From: an uncultured Clostridia bacterium
GTDB lineage: Bacteria > Bacillota > Clostridia > HGM11514
Direction: 5' to 3'
Assembly (NCBI GenBank): GCA_934464705.1
Contig: CAKSKB010000002.1
Span: forward strand, 12,667 to 76,666
Length of the DNA: 64,000 bases
Shown here one piece after another: positions 59,284 to 64,000 of this stretch. The translations under genes were made by a program, and so were the position numbers. The notes under the pieces were generated by a model. That model was not told where the DNA came from. It saw nothing but the letters and a program-made list of their open reading frames with translations, and made no database searches. Numbering within the stretch: the first letter of the stretch is position 1; every line of letters starts with the position of its first letter.

Positions 59284-59694
59284 ATGAGAATCCTCGGAAT
59301 CGATTACGGCGACGCAAGAGTAGGGCTTGCAATTTCCGACCCGTTCGGGTGGACGGCGGCGGAGCTTCCGCAGATAAAGGGCGGAGACCTCGGCCGCGCG
59401 GGAAACGAAATTGCCGCAATCTGCAAAGAAAGAGGCATTGAAAAAATTGTTCTCGGGTACCCGAAAAACATGAACGGCACAATAGGTCCGAGGGGCGAGA
59501 TTTCGGAAAAGTTTAAAGAGATACTCGAAAAAAAGACCGGGCTTTCCGTTGAACTGTGGGACGAACGCCTTACAACCGTTTCGGCTACCAATATTATGAA
59601 CACCTCCGGTTTCAAAAGTTCCAAAAGAAAGGACAGACGGGATTCTCTTTCGGCGGCGATAATTCTTGAAAGTTATCTTAAAAGTCTTGACTAA
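59284..59694 (+). CDS. ruvX: Holliday-junction-resolvase-like pre-16S rRNA nuclease RuvX/YqgF
   Basis: MRILGIDYGDARVGLAISD...GYPKNMNGT.GP...WDERLTT. Confidence 0.9.
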   Translation: MRILGIDYGDARVGLAISDPFGWTAAELPQIKGGDLGRAGNEIAAICKERGIEKIVLGYPKNMNGTIGPRGEISEKFKEILEKKTGLSVELWDERLTTVSATNIMNTSGFKSSKRKDRRDSLSAAIILESYLKSLD

Positions 59695-59746
59695 ACGGCG
59701 TTTATGTTGTAAAATAATAGTATCGTAAAAGAAAGGCGGTAAAATT

Positions 59747-60040
59747 ATGAGCGAAAATGAAGATATAATCGTTCTTTATGATGAGGACGGCAATGAGGAA
59801 AATTATGAACACATCGATACAATAGAGTTTAACGGTGAATCCTATGTTGTTCTGACCCCGGCTCCCGAGGAGGACGATGAGGAATCGGACGATCTTGAAG
59901 TTGTTTTCATGAAGATTGTGCCGGATCCCGAAAACGCAGGCGATCAGATGCTGGTCGTTATTGACGACGATGACGAGCTTGACGCTGTTTTCGCCGAGTT
60001 TTCCAGAATTATGGACGAATACGAAGACGCTGACGAATAG
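59747..60040 (+). CDS. DUF1292-family acidic protein
   Basis: IVLYDEDGNEENYEHIDTIEFNGESYVVLTP...VFMKIV, in the usual position after ruvX. Confidence 0.75.
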   Translation: MSENEDIIVLYDEDGNEENYEHIDTIEFNGESYVVLTPAPEEDDEESDDLEVVFMKIVPDPENAGDQMLVVIDDDDELDAVFAEFSRIMDEYEDADE

Positions 60041-60276
60041 CTAAGCGTTTTACCCTGCTGTGTGCGTGAACTCCGACAAAGAATTTAACCGATAGATGAA
60101 AATAAGGGAGATCTTATTCCGCCGTGGCGTATACGCCCCCGTCTTTTGACGCCAGGGGACATATAAAGCGGCGGATGGGTCACCCACCTGTGTGAAGCAG
60201 GTTAAATTTTCACGGAGAAAACGGCACCGCGGGGCATTTTTGTATATTAATATATTTATATAAAGGAAGTGCTGTT

Positions 60277-60789
60277 ATGGAAGGATTTAAAGAGATTTCT
60301 GCGTTTGAACTTCAAAAAACACCTTTTGAAATGGTCGGAAAAGACTGGATGCTCATTTCTGCGGTTCACGGCGGCAGGGTCAACATGATGACCGCCAGCT
60401 GGGGCGGATTCGGCGTTATGTGGAACAAAAATGTTGCGTTTGCGGTCATTCGTCCGCAGAGGTTTACAAAGACCTTGGTTGACGGCGAGGATAAATTTAC
60501 GCTTTCCTTCTATGGCGGCGAATACAGAAAAATGCTTAATTACTGCGGCAGCGCAAGCGGAAAGGACGAAGACAAGGTAAGAGGCGCAAATCTTACGCCC
60601 GTTTTTTCGGACGGTACGGTAAGCTTTGCCGAGGCGGAGGTTACGCTTGTATGCAAAAAGCTCTTTGCGCAAGGCTTTGACGGAAACTCATTTATCGACA
60701 AAAGCATTATCGGCAAAATGTATCCGGGAGGGGATTTCCACACGCTCTACATTGCGGAAATAGAGAAGGTTTATGTTAAAAACGCTTGA
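60277..60789 (+). CDS. Flavin reductase-like (FMN-binding split-barrel) protein
   Basis: VNMMTASWGGFGVMWNKNVAFAVIRPQRFT is a typical flavin-reductase-domain core. Confidence 0.7.
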   Translation: MEGFKEISAFELQKTPFEMVGKDWMLISAVHGGRVNMMTASWGGFGVMWNKNVAFAVIRPQRFTKTLVDGEDKFTLSFYGGEYRKMLNYCGSASGKDEDKVRGANLTPVFSDGTVSFAEAEVTLVCKKLFAQGFDGNSFIDKSIIGKMYPGGDFHTLYIAEIEKVYVKNA

Positions 60790-60870
60790 ATTTTCCGTAT
60801 GTCTGTGATATAATTAATAGGATAACGAAGCAGTATACTACTTATTGCCTGTTACAAAGGGGGTAATTCT

Positions 60871-63612
60871 ATGATAAAATCAGTAATTGAAAAAATGTTC
60901 GGTAGCTATTCCGACCACGAAATCAAACGAATCGAAAAAACGGCAAACAAAATCGAGTCGTATGAAGAGGAGTACAGGGCTTTGAGCGATGAGGAACTTA
61001 AAGCAAAAACTCCGTACTTTAAAGAAAGGCTTAAAAACGGCGAAACGCTTGACGATATTCTGCCCGAAGCTTTTGCGGCTGTCCGTGAGGCGGCTGACAG
61101 AGTGCTCGGAATGAGACACTTTCATGTACAGCTTCTCGGCGGTATAATTCTTCATCAGGGAAGAATCGCCGAAATGAAAACCGGTGAGGGTAAAACGCTT
61201 GTTGCAACGCTGCCGTCGTACCTCAATGCACTTTCGGGGAAGGGCGTTCATGTTGTAACCGTAAACGATTACCTCGCAAGGCGTGACAGTGAATGGATGG
61301 GTAAAATCCATGAATTTTTGGGACTTAAGGTCGGGCTTATCGTGAACGGCCTTCCGCAGCCTCTGAGAAAGGAAGCCTACGACGCTGACATAACATACGG
61401 CACAAACAACGAAATGGGCTTCGATTATCTTCGCGACAACACCGCAATTTACAAGAAGGATATGGTTCAGAGAGGGCATAATTTTGCAATCGTCGATGAG
61501 GTCGACTCAATCCTTATCGATGAAGCGAGAACTCCTCTTATTATAGCGGGTCTCGGGGATAAGTCCAGCGAACTTTACGAGAGAACCGACAGGTTCGCAA
61601 GAACCCTCACTCCCATGAAGGTTGTGGAGCTTGACAACAAGGAACTTCACGATGATGTCGATGCGGATTACATTGTTGACGAAAAGGCAAGAACCGCTAC
61701 CCTTACCGCAAGAGGAACAAAAAAGGCGGAGGCTTATTTCGGAATCGAGAATCTGACAGACGCCGAGAATATAGAAATAATGCACCATGTCAACCTTGCA
61801 ATCAGGGCGTACGGAATCATGCGCCGTGATATAGACTATGTCGTTAAAGAAGGTCAGGTGCTTATAGTTGATGAATTTACCGGGCGAATCATGCTCGGCA
61901 GACGCTACAGCGAGGGTCTGCACCAGGCGATTGAAGCCAAGGAAGGCGTAAAAATTGCGGACGAGAACAAAACCATCGCAACAATTACGCTTCAGAATTA
62001 CTTCAGGCTTTACGATAAGCTTTCCGGTATGACCGGTACGGCGCTTACGGAAGAAAAGGAATTCCGTGAAATCTACAAGCTTGATGTTGTTGCAATTCCT
62101 ACGAATAAGCCGGTAGGTAGGGTTGACCTTCCGGACCTTATATATAAAAACGAGCACGGCAAGTTTGCGGCGATTATAAACGAAGTCGCAGCGGCTCACG
62201 AAAAGGGACAGCCGGTGCTTATCGGTACAACATCGATTGAAAAGTCGGAACTTCTCAGCCGTGAACTTAAAAGAAGGGGCATCAGGCATGAAGTCTTAAA
62301 CGCTAAGCAGCACGAAAGAGAAGCCCAGATTGTTGCACAGGCCGGTAAGCCGGGTGCGGTTACGGTAGCAACCAACATGGCGGGCCGAGGAACGGATATT
62401 GTTCTCGGCGGCAATGCCGAATTTATGGCAAAGCATGAGCTGCGCCATCTCGGATTTTCCGGGCTTGCCGTTGCGCTTTGCGACGGAAACGGCGAAACGG
62501 ACAACGAAGAAGTTACAGAGGCAAGAGAAAAATATAAAGAACTCTGCAAAGAGTTTAAACAAAAGCTTGAACCCGAAAAACAGAAGGTTCTTGAAGCCGG
62601 CGGTCTTTATATTATAGGAACGGAGCGCCATGAAAGCCGCCGTATAGATAATCAGCTCAGAGGCCGTGCCGGCCGTCAGGGTGACCCGGGTAAATCAAGG
62701 TTCTTTCTGTCGCTTGACGATGAACTTATGCGTCTTTTCGGTTCGGAAAGGATTCAGGGATTTATTGACCGCAATCTTGAAGACGACCAGCCGATTGAAA
62801 ACGCATTCCTTACAAAACAGATTGAAAGCGCACAGTCAAGGGTTGAGGGCAGAAACTTTGACGCCAGAAAGAGCGTTCTTGAGTATGACGATGTCCTGAA
62901 CACGCAGCGCCAGAAGATTTACGAGCAGCGCCAGATGGTGCTTGACTGCATGGATATAAGGGAAAGTATTCACCATATGATTACCTCGACAATCCGTGAT
63001 TTTGTGAAGTCGTATACCTCGGAGAGCAGGTACGCCGAGGAGTGGGATATGAGAGCGATTTTGGACCATTTTGAAGGGCTTTTCTTAGAGCCGGGTCAGC
63101 TCACATATACAAAAGACGAACTTTCTGACCTTACCGAGGACATTCTTGTAAACGACCTCTGTGAGGCGGCGGACAAGTTCTATGCCGAGAAGGAAGAGGC
63201 CGTCGGCAGCGATATTATGCGTGAGTTTGAGCGTGTAATGCTGCTCCGTACGGTTGATAAGAATTGGATTGAGCATATCGAGAACATGGAGGAACTTAAG
63301 CAGGGCATAAGGCTTCGTGCGTTTGCACAGCAGGATCCGCTTATCGCCTTCAAGACGGAAGGCTCTGACATGTATGACGAGATGAACGAAACAATCCGCC
63401 GTGAAACGGTCGAACTTCTGTTTAAAGTTAAAATAAGAAAAGAACAGGAAATCAAGCGTGAACAGGTTGCCGCTCCCGTCAATGCGTCACACGGCGACGG
63501 CTCGGACAATTCGGCAAGAACCGTTGTAAAACCGAAAAAAGTCGGCAGAAACGACCCGTGCCCCTGCGGTTCGGGCAAGAAATATAAACAATGCTGCGGC
63601 AGAAACGAATAA
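60871..63612 (+). CDS. secA: Preprotein translocase ATPase SecA
   Basis: [14 protein letters not shown] (Walker A), [27 protein letters not shown] and a C-terminal zinc motif [14 protein letters not shown]. Confidence 0.97.
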   Translation: MIKSVIEKMFGSYSDHEIKRIEKTANKIESYEEEYRALSDEELKAKTPYFKERLKNGETLDDILPEAFAAVREAADRVLGMRHFHVQLLGGIILHQGRIAEMKTGEGKTLVATLPSYLNALSGKGVHVVTVNDYLARRDSEWMGKIHEFLGLKVGLIVNGLPQPLRKEAYDADITYGTNNEMGFDYLRDNTAIYKKDMVQRGHNFAIVDEVDSILIDEARTPLIIAGLGDKSSELYERTDRFARTLTPMKVVELDNKELHDDVDADYIVDEKARTATLTARGTKKAEAYFGIENLTDAENIEIMHHVNLAIRAYGIMRRDIDYVVKEGQVLIVDEFTGRIMLGRRYSEGLHQAIEAKEGVKIADENKTIATITLQNYFRLYDKLSGMTGTALTEEKEFREIYKLDVVAIPTNKPVGRVDLPDLIYKNEHGKFAAIINEVAAAHEKGQPVLIGTTSIEKSELLSRELKRRGIRHEVLNAKQHEREAQIVAQAGKPGAVTVATNMAGRGTDIVLGGNAEFMAKHELRHLGFSGLAVALCDGNGETDNEEVTEAREKYKELCKEFKQKLEPEKQKVLEAGGLYIIGTERHESRRIDNQLRGRAGRQGDPGKSRFFLSLDDELMRLFGSERIQGFIDRNLEDDQPIENAFLTKQIESAQSRVEGRNFDARKSVLEYDDVLNTQRQKIYEQRQMVLDCMDIRESIHHMITSTIRDFVKSYTSESRYAEEWDMRAILDHFEGLFLEPGQLTYTKDELSDLTEDILVNDLCEAADKFYAEKEEAVGSDIMREFERVMLLRTVDKNWIEHIENMEELKQGIRLRAFAQQDPLIAFKTEGSDMYDEMNETIRRETVELLFKVKIRKEQEIKREQVAAPVNASHGDGSDNSARTVVKPKKVGRNDPCPCGSGKKYKQCCGRNE

Positions 63613-63632
63613 TTTTTAAGGAGTTGATAATA

Positions 63633-64000
63633 ATGCTGGAATACGATGAATACCGTATATCCCTTACGGGAATGGAACAGGATATTAACGATTTGAGGGA
63701 TTCACTTTGACATCGCTGATACAAAAAGCGAGATAGCGGATTTGGAGGCTAAAGCGTCCGAACCGGATTTTTGGAATGATATGGAGAATTCAAGCAAGGT
63801 TCTTCAGAAAACAAAAGCGCTCAAAGATAAGGTTGAGCGCTTTGAGGCGCTTGCCTCCGCAAGGGAAGATTTGCTTGTGCTTATCGAGATGGCGGAGGAG
63901 GAAAACGACCCCTCATATGCCGGCGAGGTTAAGACGGGCTATGAAAAACTGACAGCCGATATCGCCGATATGAAACTCGAAACGCTTCTCTCCGGGCAGT
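63633..64000 (+). CDS. prfB: Peptide chain release factor 2, 5' part, with programmed +1 frameshift (runs off the window)
   Basis: Frame 0 reads MLEYDEYRISLTGMEQDINDLRDSL then TGA at 63708-63710 in the context GAGGGATTCA CTT TGA C. The +1 frame from 63709 continues DIADTKSEIADLEAKASEPDFWNDMENSSKVLQKTKALKDKVERFEAL... to the window end. Absent from the supplied ORF track because the long frame has no Met start. Confidence 0.9.

Noticed and set aside
60215-60240. GGCACCGCGGGG resembling the T-box GGUACCGCG element, suggesting a T-box leader
   Set aside because: No specifier-loop/AGAGA architecture or terminator/antiterminator alternative could be drawn. The downstream gene is not an aminoacyl-tRNA or amino-acid gene.

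Overview
This 64-kb window is chromosomal DNA from a Gram-positive, endospore-forming Clostridia-type bacterium. Evidence for that: gpr, ytxC and spoIIP are present, several proteins carry SLH anchors, and ribosome-binding sites are GGAGG-type. Most of it is core housekeeping. That includes tsaD, a rex-glgA-glgP-GH13 glycogen operon, ychF, an OmpR/HK two-component pair, comEC-holA, rpoB-rpoC, spoIIP, rpsT, ruvX, secA, and the start of prfB with its programmed +1 frameshift. Cell-envelope and accessory genes are interleaved with the core. They include a codon-optimised S-layer-type SLH protein behind two tandem consensus promoters, and two adjacent giant surface-protein genes that share a ~1.2-kb almost identical 5' module. 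A 1482-aa SLH-anchored protein sits behind a clear cobalamin riboswitch. There is also a tetR-methyltransferase pair with dual palindromic operators, a HipA-like kinase with an overlapping upstream partner ORF, and a low-GC islet of small envelope proteins. Items worth a second look: (1) the B12 riboswitch coupled to an S-layer-anchored GLUG / alpha-toroid / DUF4430 (transcobalamin-like) protein; (2) the 1.2-kb direct repeat in the tandem surface-protein genes; (3) a cluster of five DnaA boxes between tsaD and rex; (4) a ~225-aa insertion in RpoC; (5) the split HipA-like module. I found no rRNA, tRNA, CRISPR array or recognisable transposase. All calls rest on reading the sequence and ORF translations and on remembered family motifs. 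No database search was run.
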